The notes under the pieces were generated by a model. The model was not told the DNA's origin. It did no database searches and saw only the letters and a program-made list of their open reading frames with translations. From Octopus vulgaris (taxonomy: Eukaryota), in assembly GCA_951406725.2 (NCBI GenBank), contig OX597821.1, positions 49,228,001 to 49,292,000 on the forward strand: a stretch of DNA of 64,000 bases, in the 5' to 3' direction. The position numbers were made by a program, and so were the translations under genes. This document shows, piece by piece, positions 35,673 through 47,879 of this stretch (position 1 is the stretch's first letter; every line of letters begins with the position of its first letter).

Positions 35673-36954
35673 TGTATGTATATATATATATATGTATGTA
35701 TATATATGTATATATATATGTATGTATATATATGTATATATATATATATATGCATATATATATATATGTATGCATACATACATACATACATACATATATG
35801 TATGTATGTATGTATGTATGTATATATATATATATATACATATATATTTATGTATGTATATCATTCAACCATGGTAGTGGTTGAATATATTCTTAAGTCC
35901 ATCATTTCATCAGTCGCAGCAGCTTCCATGCTTCACTAATTCAGTTTATAATCTTAAGAATATTACTTTTCATGCTTGCATTTTTCCATGTAATCCATGA
36001 TTTTTCTAGGGATTGCTGTTATAAGATAATTAATAAAGTGTCAATTAATAATTTAAGATTTTACCTTATAAAATACTGAAAGATAATATTTCAATTTTTT
36101 TCATGTTTAATTCAAATATATGTTGTGATTAAATTATTTGATATTACCCATCCACACCAAATTAATGGCAGGGATCATTACCATGTTGTTGGTTGCACCG
36201 TGGCTCACCAAAAGTTACAAACAACAAGACCATCAGTTACCATGCTCACTTACCTTAAGTAACCTAATTTTGCAATATTAGGAGGTCATGAGAATTCATT
36301 CAACGAAAAAAAACCTCAACGATTCCGGGGATTGGTGGTGGAGGTGGGGTGGACACCCCACTAATTTTTTCCAGAGCAAGATTAGGGATTTGCAGCACAT
36401 TAGGAGGTCAGGGTACTTGATTCCATGCAAAAAATCAAATTTTTTTTTTTCTCAGTGAAAATCATGCAGGTGTTAATATAGAAATTGACCAGAATGTTGT
36501 TATTTAGCCTCAAATCAACCCTGATACTGCAAACGCATCATCAAACACATTCCATACAATGGGTTTGTGATTTAGGTATGGGGATACTTTGGCTGCTATT
36601 TTTAGTGTGTCGAGCGACCAGGTAGAGGCTCTCTCATTGGTTTGATTGCGTGATGAGATTTTTTTATATATGTAATACGTATATATATTATCAGCAGAAG
36701 TTAGAGAGTAAGTCAAAAGCTGAGAGTTTCGTACATTGGCACTTATCAAACACGAATTCATCCATTGTCATTCTTTTAACTTCTGATGAAATAACTTCTA
36801 AAATACAAAATTTTGTCAAAAGCTTTTAAGAGGAAACCCTGTTGTATGTGACACATTCTACCAGTATCGGAAGTTTGAAAGTGTTTAGTTAGAAAAAAAA
36901 ATTAATGAAATAATATGTACATCATAGTTAACTCAAAAGCATAAAGGCAGACGA

Positions 36955-37468
36955 GAGTGTAGTGGGTGCTTTTACATGCCACCGGCACGAGGTCCAGTCA
37001 GGCGGTACTGGCAACACCATGCACAAATGGTGATTTTTATGTGCCACCTGCACAGGAGCCAGTCCAGCGGCATTGGCAACGACCCCGCTCAAATGTTTTT
37101 TTCACATGCCACAGGCACAAGTGCCAGTAAGGCGACGCTGGTAGCGATCATGCTTGAATGGTGCTTTTTATGTGCCATCAGCACGGAAGCCAATTAGTTG
37201 CTCTGGCATCGATCACGCTTGGGTGGTACTCTTAGCGCTCCACTAGTACAGATGCCAGTCATCGAATTTGATTTCGATTTCACTTGCCTCAACAAGTCTT
37301 TGCCAGCAGAGATTAGTGTCCAATGAAAAGTATGCATAAGTGGTGGTTGCACCCCTGGCATAGGCCACGAGGCTTGTAGGTCTTCTCAAGCACAGCATAT
37401 TTCCAAAGGTCTTGGTCACTAGTCATTGCCTCGGTGAGGCCTAATGTTCGAAGGTCATGCTTCACCAC
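36955..37468 (-). mobile_element. RTE 3' UTR fragment
   Basis: Similarity to 10320-10930. Confidence 0.8.
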
Positions 37469-37499
<31 letters not shown>

Positions 37500-37635
37500 C
37501 ATGTATATCTATCTATCTATCTATCATCATATATATTTGTTGTATTTCGGAATGGTCATTTTGCCAGTTTAGCCAATAATATATATATATACATATATGT
37601 GTGTGTGTGTGTATATATATATGTATGTATGTATG

Positions 37636-37690
<55 letters not shown>

Positions 37691-37693
<3 letters not shown>

Positions 37694-38960
37694 AATTAAT
37701 AAATAAAACATGCATATATACATACATATGTGTACGTACCTACCTCTACATGTATATATACATGCATATATGGGTACAGGACACCAAAAAAACGTCAAAC
37801 ACAATGAGAAACGAAAACATAAACACAAAACCAAGGAACTGGACATTTTTCTTAAACAACGAAAAAATAGAGTACAGGACAAATAACACAAGGAAAATTC
37901 CCCTTCTTCAGTCGCCATGGTTTCATCTACTCTGCGTTTCGAAGGTGAAGGCGATACGCATTTTGATAGAAACTTTCCTTCCCGCGAAAAGCAAATTAAA
38001 TAAAATTTTAGATCTTTTTGCGGAGGGGTAAAAATGGTAACAAAAACAGGACAGTAACGACAGTAGAAAATATAAACAGTAAAAGACAGGACAAGGAGAA
38101 TAACAAGACAAGAAGGGCTGTTAAGCCGAACAAGATAAGGTGTTACGAACGCTATTTTTGAGAACGGCGAAGGAGCAACAGAAAATGCCGTCTACACTTC
38201 AAGGACGCCAGGCCAGAAAGGCAGTAGCAGAGCTCTCATCGCGGGTCAACGACGGGAGGGAGGAGGAGGAGCAAGAGAAAGGGAGAGAAAAAAAGGGAAT
38301 GGTTGTGAGGAAACCAGAAAGAATGAGAGAGAGGGAGAGACAGTAAGGTAGAAGAAAAGGAAACCAGAAAGAATGAAGGTTGAGAAAGGGAGGGGACAGA
38401 AAGGTCAAGAGTGCGCATCATTATTAATATCAAGAACAGTCTTACTTGGATGCATGCATTCCGTCATATAATAAATTAATAAATAAAACATATGCATATA
38501 TACATACATATATGTATGTACATACCTCTACATGTATATATACATGTATATATGGGTACAGGACACCAAAAAAATGTCAAACACAATGAGAAACGAAAAC
38601 ATAAACACAAAACCAAGGAACTGGACATTTTTCTTAAACAACGAAAAAATAGAGTACAGGACAAATAACACAAGGAAAATTCCCCTTCTTCAGGCGCCAT
38701 GGTTTCATCTACTCTGCGTTTCGAAGGTGAAGGTGATACACAACTTTGATAGAAACTTTCCTTCCCGTGAAAAGCAAATTAAATAAAATTTTAGATCTTT
38801 TTGTGGAGGGGTAAAAATGGTAACAAAAACAGGACAGTAACGACAGTAGAAAATATAAACAGTAAAAGACAGGACAAGGAGAGTAACAAGACAAGAAGGG
38901 CTGTTAAGCCGAACGAGATAAGGTGTTACGAACGCTATTTTTGAGAACGGCAAAGGAGCA
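37691..38960. repeat. About 487-bp direct repeats (period about 779 bp) around a purine-rich spacer
   Basis: 37691-38178 is nearly identical to 38470-38960. Confidence 0.9.
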
Positions 38961-39339
38961 ATATATATATATATATATATGTATTTCCCTTCTTTCCTGA
39001 GCGTCAATAATACTTTAATTGTTCCACGTCCTGCGTTGCTGTGTTTTTTTTTCTCTTTTTTTCTGTGTTTTCTTGTTTGGATTAACTTTAACTATATATA
39101 TATATATATATATATATGTACATATATATTAAATATGTACATACAGAGATCCCCTTCAGTCATGACTGACCGTGGGATTGCACCCAGAAAGTTTCCCTCT
39201 CAGGCACAAGTCCAGGTAAGGATGTTTATGGAAGACCAACAGTCGCCCATGCATACCGGCCTCCTCTCTCCACACCACCTGTGTTATTCAAGGGAAAGGC
39301 AATGGCCAATACAGCTTGGCACCTGGAATTTGGTTCCAT

Positions 39340-40230
39340 GACTTTCTGAAAGATGGAAGTCAGACAGTAGTGGCCAGTGGAGCCACTTCTATGAAAACAC
39401 AAATAGTGAATGGTGTTCCACAGGGCACACTCTTGGGACTACTGCTTTTCATAGTGGCCCTCTCAAATGTGCCATCCACTGCCTAGATAACCACCCTTGC
39501 TAGCTACGCTGATGATATGAAAGTCTTGTAGAAAATACAGAAACTCAGCAATGTTGCACATCTGCAGCAGGAGTTGGATTCAATTTACAGATGGGCTGAG
39601 GATAATAATATGCAGTTTAATACTGAAAAATTCTAAGCCCTGTGCTGAAACTTACAGGGTGCATTGGTTCACAGGGAATTACAATCTCAGAACCTAAATC
39701 AGTGAGTTATCTGGGTATTGACATGAGTGATGATACCTCTTTCCAAGTGCACATTACCAGGATGGTGACAAAGTGCAGATGACTAGCTAGATGAATCCAG
39801 AGAACATTCAGAACCAGAGATAAGGAGACCATTATAATCCTATGGATGATATTTGTCCTCAGCAGCCTGGATTACTGCTCACAGCTATGGTCATCCAACA
39901 GTGTAAAATTAACAGTGGACTTTGAAGCAATCCAGCGAAGCTTCACAAAGAAGATCGTCTCAGTGCAACAGCTGAGCTACTGGGAAAGGCTGAAATAGCT
40001 AAGACTCTGCTCCCTGGATCGAAGGCGGGAGAGGTATGCAGTAATATGCATCTGGAAGATCCTGGAAGGAACCGTGCCAAATTTTGACATTGAAAGCTAC
40101 ACAAATGCCAGAACGGATCAACACTGCATAGTGCCAAAGATCCCAGCAATACCATTGTGTTTCAGGATCAGTTACTGCAACAGCTCAGGTTTCAGGGACC
40201 CAGAGCTTTTTAATATTCTCCCAAAGAGCC
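39340..40230 (+). mobile_element. Degenerate CR1-like RT fragment
   Basis: GVPQGTLLG, YADD, WAEDNNMQFN, LDYCSQLW, SYWERLK. Confidence 0.8.
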
Positions 40231-41126
40231 TCACATATTATAAATAAACTAGGGATATCCTATAATAGGTTTTTAGAATACAAACCTAGTCTACCACTGA
40301 TCTACTAAAGTCTAAATTTATTTTTATTTTTCAATTTGCTGACTTAAATATTTTTTCACTGTAATTTTAAACCATTTTATCTTACTCATTTACCCCCTAT
40401 ATCATCTTACCGAATAATACATTTTTATTAGACACACACTTAACTTACATAGAACCAAACTGTTATAACTCACTATCTATTTTATAACTCAAGTGAAGTA
40501 CATTCTAAAATTATTAACATGCAGGAAATAAATGATATGCCTAGCATATTCTTTTAATTTAACTCGTTAATACAAATAAACTACTATTTACTAACTATCT
40601 ATAAATCTATATTAATAATAATCTGATATATATATATATTTTTATAAATATGGTATGATTTCTAAACTCTCCATCCCTATATAAGATACTAAAATTTATT
40701 AGAATCCTTTGGAAAAAACTATCTAAAAAATATTTATTTCAAATCACAAGTAGGATTATGGCTGTCAAATGGTTTAGGTATTGGAAGTCTCTATTCTCCC
40801 TACCTCACTAGCCTACTAACTTTAGCTAAAATACATTCAGATGTACCAGAGTTAAGTTCTTCATAAAAGAGTTGGATCTATGGCTCTGCCACTTAAACTG
40901 CCCCTTCCTCTATCTGTAGATAAATTCTTGATTGTCTCCACTGAACTTAATAGAAACCCCCTCCCCAATGATAAATCTAAATAACAAAATAAATTCAGTG
41001 ATCAGAAATCTACCCATGAGTAAAGATCTTTTACTACCATGTTTTTACTTATGAAATTCACCTCTCTGTCTATATACCTACCCTCTTTGTAATGTTGGCA
41101 AATGGAATAAGTATAAAAATGAACAT

Positions 41127-41359
41127 GGAGGCGCAATGGCCTAGTGGTTAGGGCAGCAGACTTGCGGTCGGAGGATCGCGGTTTCGATTCCCAGACCGGG
41201 CGTTGTGTGTGTTTATTGAGCGAAAAACACCTAAAAGCTCCACGAGGCTCCGGCAGGAGGTGGTGATCCCTGCTGTACTCTTTCACCACTCTAAAGGCGG
41301 TGCTCCAGCATGGCCGCAGTCAAATGACTGAAACAAGTACAAAAAAAAAAAAAAAAAAA
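41127..41359 (+). mobile_element. Chimeric SINE: family B tRNA head fused to family A 3' end plus poly(A)
   Basis: ggaggcgcaatggcctagtggttaggg head to about 41290, then ctaaaggcggtgctccagcatggccgcagtcaaatgactgaaacaag and an A run. Confidence 0.75.
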
Positions 41360-41387
41360 TTGCTAATTTAATTTTAAAAATTCCATA

Positions 41388-41476
41388 TGTGGCTGAAGAT
41401 TGCTCTACATTTTAAAACTGATGTAATACTTACATTGTTTAATAAAATGAAGTAGCATGAAACGATTGTTCTACAC
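41388..41476 (+). ncRNA. Type I hammerhead-like motif with long stem II (family also at 42105-42193 and 50017-50110, minus)
   Basis: UGUGG-CUGAAGA..GAAAC-GAUU-GUU-CUACA. Confidence 0.55.
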
Positions 41477-41514
41477 TACCTTTGGATATCCTTGTTGCTT
41501 ATTATATATTACAA

Positions 41515-42055
41515 AGACCCGGGATGCTTCCGGCTCCAGTTCTACATAGACCCTGCCCATTCAAAGTACCTTGGATCCCGGAACATCTCGCTGTGCTTGA
41601 GGAGACCTGTTGAGTCAAGTGCATGTACACGAACATCGAAACAAATATCAATGGAAATAGTAGTTGTGATACCTGTGTCGGTGGCACATAAAAAGCACCA
41701 TCCGAACGTGGCCGTTGCCAGCGCCGCCTCGACTGGCTTCTGTGCTGGTGGCACATAAAAAGCACCATCCGAACGTGGCTGATGCCAGTGCCACCTTGGC
41801 TGGCTTCCATGCCGATGGCACGTTAAAAGCACCAACCGATCGTGGCCAGTGCCAAACCCCCCTGGCACCTGTGCAGGTGGCACGTAAAAAGCACCCACTA
41901 CACTCGCAGAGTGGTTGGCGTTAGGAAGGGCATCCAGCTGTAGAAACACTGCCAGATCAGACGAGCCTGGTGCAGCCCTGGCTTCCCAGACCCTGGTCGA
42001 ACCGTCCAACCCGTGCTAGCGCGGAAAATGGACGTTAAACGATGATGATGATGAT
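41515..42055 (+). mobile_element. RTE 3' UTR fragment
   Basis: Conserved terminus and (GAT)n tail. Confidence 0.85.
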
Positions 42056-42633
42056 ATATATATATATATATATATATTATAAGCAACAAAGATAACCAGA
42101 GGTAATGCAGTCCGGTCGTTTCATGCAACTCCATTTAATTGAAAAATGCAATCATTACATCAATTTAAAATGCAGAGCAATCTTCAGCTACACAAAGACA
42201 TAGAATTTAATTAAATTAGAACATATTAGTATAATTATACCTAAAATCTCCAAGAAGTTAAGGAGATGGACAAAGAACATGCTGTCCCAACTCCATTTTA
42301 GAAGTTACTGAACTTTTCAAGAAGATAGATATACATTGTTACAGGCTCTGCCTGTCACTGATTTTTTGTTTTTATGGGGTCAGTTTTAATTTATAGACTA
42401 GTTTATTAAATCCCTTGTATATCTAAGGCTGAGAGAACAGAGGGCAGTATCTGTTCAGGGTAGTGCTGAGGGAGCAGACAGACATTATAGTTGATATAGT
42501 CATAAAAATCAGTATTTATTAGAAGCAATATCATGAGGTTTGGTAAAGGAAAATTTAAAACAAGATGTTAGCTGATAATTAAGGGGGTTGCCTACTAGCA
42601 GACCACTGATAATGAAACAGGAAGTTTCATTAA

Positions 42634-42850
42634 CCCTTTAGTGTTCAGATTACTATTAAATGTAATACTTTTTCGCTCAAATTGTTTTGAATTAATCAAG
42701 CATTGTCTAATAGCTCTGAGGTTTCAATGATGTGATTGTTTATTTTAGAATGTCAATGTAGGTTTGGTGTGAGAGGCCAGATATCGCCAGTTTGAATATA
42801 AAACATGTAGAACATCTGGGCCAGATATGGCCGGTTTAAACACTAAAGGG
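42634..42850. mobile_element. piggyBac-type MITE
   Basis: TTAA-CCCTTTAGTGTT ... AACACTAAAGGG-TTAA; related decayed copy at about 56170-56385. Confidence 0.8.
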
Positions 42851-43300
42851 TTAAACAATTTTAAACAATGTTGCTATATTGTATACAGTTAAAGTTTAGA
42901 GTTATTCAAAGGATTATTTAGAAGAATATTATAACAAAAGGATAGAAATTTATGAATACTTTTGAGTGTATACCCAACTTTTACCACAATAGAGGGAGGA
43001 AAAGAAATTATCCAGAAATAGTTTAATATTTATACGTATTGTACACTTAAATACTAATGCATCAGATGGAATCTGTGAATATTGATTAATTGCTATATAC
43101 TGGTGTTAATAAAGGAGTATTGAGGTAAAGGTACATGCTAATTATATATTAATAAAATTATAATCTAAGCAGTATTTTTTATAACTAGTGAATATACCAG
43201 TATAGTTATATAAAAGCTAAGTATGAATTTATAGAGCTACAAAAATTAGAATAATTTTATAAATAAATAAAGGCTAATTATAAAATAATAAAGAATTAAA

Positions 43301-43560
43301 ATAAAATAATCAAGTAGGGCAGAACACCATAGAAAAGGAAATAAAATGGCTTAATTACTAATAAATACTAAGGTAAAGTATATGTAGCTTATGAACACCA
43401 ATAGAGAAGATTTTTAGAATACCTATTTAGCTAAATAAGTAAATGAAAAATATTTAGTCTGATACATTTTGAATTATTATACTTAGTAATACCATAGTAT
43501 TACTAATTAAGCCATTTTATTTCCTTTTCTATGGTGTTCTGCCCTACTTGATTATTTTAT
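43301..43560. repeat. Perfect 57-bp inverted repeat with about 146-bp spacer
   Basis: 43301-43357 equals the reverse complement of 43504-43560. Confidence 0.9.
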
Positions 43561-43606
43561 ATTTGTATATGTATATATATGTATATATAAAAACATATCA
43601 TTTATA

Positions 43607-43637
<31 letters not shown>

Positions 43638-43690
43638 GACATCATGTGGGCAGTCATCTAAAAGTTTTTGCTCTTCATGGTGCTGACATA

Positions 43691-43793
43691 AGTTCCTTGT
43701 CTTTCCTGATGAGATGGCGGCATAATGCACCCTTTATTCCTTCGGAATTTGGAATATGCAGCCTTCGAAACATGTGTCGAGAGTAAAGGAATT
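43691..43793 (+). ncRNA. Type I hammerhead ribozyme with extended stems I and II
   Basis: AGUUCCUU-gu-CUUUC-CUGAUGA-G..C-GAAAC-AUGU-GUC-GAGAG-ua-AAGGAAUU. Confidence 0.82.
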
Positions 43794-43983
43794 TTGTTAA
43801 AATCGTCGTTCGACTCCATTCTTTCACTTATTCATAGTTAAAAAAACATACAAATTTACACACAAGAACACGGGATCCCTGCCCTTGGCATATAGCTTCA
43901 ACCGTGTTTACTGATGTGAATTTGCTACCCAGGTATCGGTTAACCGATTTTTCCATACTAGGATAATTCATTCACCTACTTAA

Positions 43984-44014
<31 letters not shown>

Positions 44015-44704
44015 AATATTACGTTTATATATTTGTTGTGCAAGATTTTTTATGTGAAGTCGTGTGTTGAAACAGACATTGTATTTCGGAATGGTCATTT
44101 TGCCAGTTTAGCCAATAAAAACACACGCACCATATGATATGAGGTACAGAAGAGGGCAGTGGAATCAAACTCCCTTATACACCAAACATCCTATAACGGT
44201 GAGTTACCACATTTATAAAGCGGTGGTTTTACCACTTTTATAACAGGCTGAGATTATCTTATTTATATAGTGATTATTCTCCCAAATAAACTTTTCTAAG
44301 TCCACGTTGGTTTGTCACCAATTTATAATGTTGTGTTGGATTATCTGGTTTAAAATGTTTTTGACTTAGAAAAGATAATAAATATAGATGTTTAGTGAGT
44401 AGAAATCTATAGTGATAAGCCCGTCACATAACTTAATTATAAGTATTATCACTATACATAAATTTTAACTCACCTGCTTAAACGCCGTGAGGAATTATAT
44501 ACACCAAGATGCTGAAATGCACATATATGTTGAAGATAAATAAGCTAGCTCTTTTTTTACCACTATAATAACAGTTTCATAGTTACAGAAATGAATTTCA
44601 TTAACAGGTTGAAAAAAAAGGAAGAAAGAGAAATAGTTTACTAAATTAGTTTATTTACTTTCATTTAATATTTACACAACATTTATAAGTCAAAAGAAAA
44701 CTAT

Positions 44705-45003
44705 CGTTGGCACGTAAAAAGCACCATCCGATCGTGGTCATTACCAGCCTCGCCTGGCCCCCAGGCCGGTGGCACGTAAAAAGCACCATCCGTTCGTGGC
44801 CATTTGCCAGCCCCATCTGGCACGTAAAAAGCACCCACTACACTCATGAGTGGTTGGCATTAGGAAGGGCATCCAGCCGTAGAAACATTGCCAGATCAGA
44901 CTGGGCCTGGTGCAGCCTTCTGGCTTCCTAGACCCCAGTTGAACCGTCCAACCCATGCTAGCATGGAAAGCGGACGCTAAATGATGATGATGATGATGAT
45001 GAT
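44705..45003 (+). mobile_element. RTE 3'-end fragment
   Basis: Conserved terminus and (GAT)n tail. Confidence 0.85.
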
Positions 45004-45869
45004 TCCATGCTAAGCCACTAAAATTTTACACAAAAATTCAAAATAGTCTTGTTGAATTAAGTAATAGATATGGCATAAAAATCGCCAATATCTCAAAGGA
45101 GTGAGTGTCGTGGGAATGAGTGACAACCAACAAACACTGGGTGTAAGTGTCATGGAGTCGAGTAACAACCAACGATCACTGATTAATGTCCCAAAAATCA
45201 GGGTTTTTATAACTGCTCATACCTGAATTCTAAGAACCATATTTCATGAAAGATTTCCTTTTGATGAAAGTTTAGAATTCAAATATGGGCAGTAATTTTA
45301 ACCAATCGGAAACTAACAATTAGACCTCTTCAGGCAACATGACCATTATGTCATATTACCGCCGATAAAAGTTATATATTATGACTTGTGTCGCTACATA
45401 AGCTCTCAACCAGAAAAATTGTTAAAATTTTGTGAAAACAAGAACATAATACAAATATATTTCAATACATAGTTGGAATTAATATTTTTAGCAAGTCAAA
45501 TTTACAAATGTATCCACATATTAAACTTATGAAAATAACCACGCATCACAGTTTTACAATGACACAGCTTTCTTGTAAAGTTTATCAAATTGTTCAATCT
45601 AATGATGATGATGATGAATTTCTCCGGAAAAAAATTATAAATCTTTTTTAAAAAAAAAATTGCAGGAATATAAAAGCCCATGAGGAATATATTCAAACAA
45701 ACTGAGAAAGTCTTTTGGGAAAATGTACAATTCCACCACTTCTAGTTTTCTTTTTGCTGGTAGGTGATTTTAAAATTGATTTGTGGATCTTTTCCTCAAC
45801 CCTAAGTTCGCTGTTTTGTGAACTGTTCCTTTTGGAGTTATTTTGAAATGTGTTGCTTAAATTTTTATT

Positions 45870-47690
45870 CTCATGACATGAAGACTGGTCGAAATAAGAT
45901 TTTTTTAAGTCTGTCTAAACTGAGAATTTCCTTTTTACCATGCATATCCAAGGTCATAGTTTTATGTTTAATTGACAAAACTTTAAAAGGTCCAGTGTAT
46001 TTATAATTCAGTGAATGATGACTGGCATCATTACGTACAAATACATGAGATCAAGAGTTAGTATCGGAAGGAACATCAGAATTTGCAAAAGTACCTAATG
46101 GTGCTTTAATGTGACGATTCACTTTTGCTTCTTAACACTGCATACACGATTGAACCCAAGAATGAATATCCTTTTTCATACCAGGCCAAACAAATTGACT
46201 TCATATTAATTTTAATGAAGCTCCAATACCAAAAGTAGAAAAAAACAACTTTACACAAATGGTCTAGAAAATGCTGTAGAAATATCATACCAAATATGTG
46301 ATTTACAAGAATGAATCGGTAATAATTTAAATTTCAAAAAAGTAGGACTGAAATCTTTATATAAAGAAATTCTTTATCAGTAGTTTGATTTTTAGACATT
46401 TCTTCTAAATTGATAGTGCTTAATGAACTTAATGCATCAACATTCATTCGAGAAAGTGCATCAGCTGCAGAATTTTCAACACCCTTGATATACAGTGTAT
46501 CCACAGTATACTGTGAAATACAATCAAGGTGTCTAATTTCTCTGGGAGAATATTTTCCAGAAGAATTTTTTAGTTCATACGTCAATGGTTTATGGTCAGT
46601 AAATAATGTAAATGACCTACCTTCAAGAAAATATCTGAAGTATTTAATTGATAAGTAAGCTGCCAACAATTCTTTGCCGAAAATGCTGTATTCCATTTCT
46701 GGTGCCTTGAATTTTTTTTAAAAGAATGATAATGGTTGCCAAGAGCCACAATGAAACTGTTGTAAAACTCCACCGATTCCAACATTGGAAGCATCAACTA
46801 CCAACGATAATTTTTCTTCAGGAACTGGATGGTTTAAGAGTGTTGCTTCATACAGTTTTTCTTTTATGCTTTGAAAAGCCTGTAATTCTTCATCTTTTGA
46901 AGTTATAGCTTCATTTTTCTTTTTCCTATTCTTTAATGATTCAGTTAAAGGAAATAGACTTTCTGTGCAATGTTGAATAAAACGTCTGTAAAAATTAATG
47001 ATTCCTAAAAATTCTCTAAGCTTTCGTAAAGAATTTGGTAGTGGAAATTTGTTAATAGCTTCAACTTTGTTTGGCAGTGGGTGAATTCCTTCTTTATCAA
47101 TGAGATGACCTAAAAAAGATATAGTGCGTTCACTGAAAACACATTTTGATGGATTTATCACTATACCATATTTAGTCAGTCTTTCAAAAATTTGTTTTAA
47201 GTGATTTTCATGAACTTCTGATGGACTAGCAATGAGAATATCATCTATATAAACAAATACGAAAGGTAAATCTCTTGTTACTTCGTTGATGAATTGAATC
47301 TTTGGAAAGTATTTGCTGCGTTCCTCAATCCGAAAGGCATATGAAGAAATTCATACAACCCAAATGGAGTTGTAATTGCTGTTTTTGGTATGTCATTCTC
47401 TTCAACAAGAATTTGATTGTATGCTCTAACTGAATCTTTCTTCAAAAAGATATTACAACCACTCAACGAATCTGCAAAGTTATGTATATGGGGAATTAGA
47501 TATTTGTCCTCTTGCGTTTTTGCATTAAGCTGTCTAAAATCTCTGCATGGACACTAGTCTGTGAGATTTTTTTTTTCCAAAACTAAAGGGGTAGACCAGT
47601 TACTGCTAGGACGAATTATTCCGAGGTCTAACATGTGACGAAATTCAGCCCGAGCAATCTTTAATTTCTTTGGAGATAATCTTCGAGGTT
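45870..47690 (-). mobile_element. Ty3/Gypsy LTR retrotransposon pol remnant (RT, RNase H, integrase C-terminus)
   Basis: DIPKTAITTPFGLYEF..MPFGLRNA, YIDDIL, FLGH, FLG.INFYRRFI, DAS..GIGGVLQQ, ELLA, TDHKPL, ADALSR; HVFVRND and TGPFKV near 46000. Confidence 0.9.
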
Positions 47691-47879
47691 TGGAGTTTTA
47701 CAACAGTTTCATTGTGGCTCTTGGCAACCATTATCATTCTTTTAAAAAAAATTCAAGGCACCAGAAATGGAATACAGCATTTTCGGCAAAGAATTGTTGG
47801 CAGCTTACTTATCAATTACCAGCCCATTTAAAAAGTATTTTTCAATTGTTGGGCAACACGCCATCAAAATCACAATCAA

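Noticed and set aside
36775-36895. CTGATGA..GAAA with AACT/AGTT and AACTTC/GAAGTT pairing
   Set aside because: Stem III and the cleavage triplet are not recognisable; too degenerate to call.
39505-39525. CTGATGA..GAAA hammerhead-like string (also ctgatga near 1968)
   Set aside because: It is the codon sequence of the RT YADD motif; no stems.
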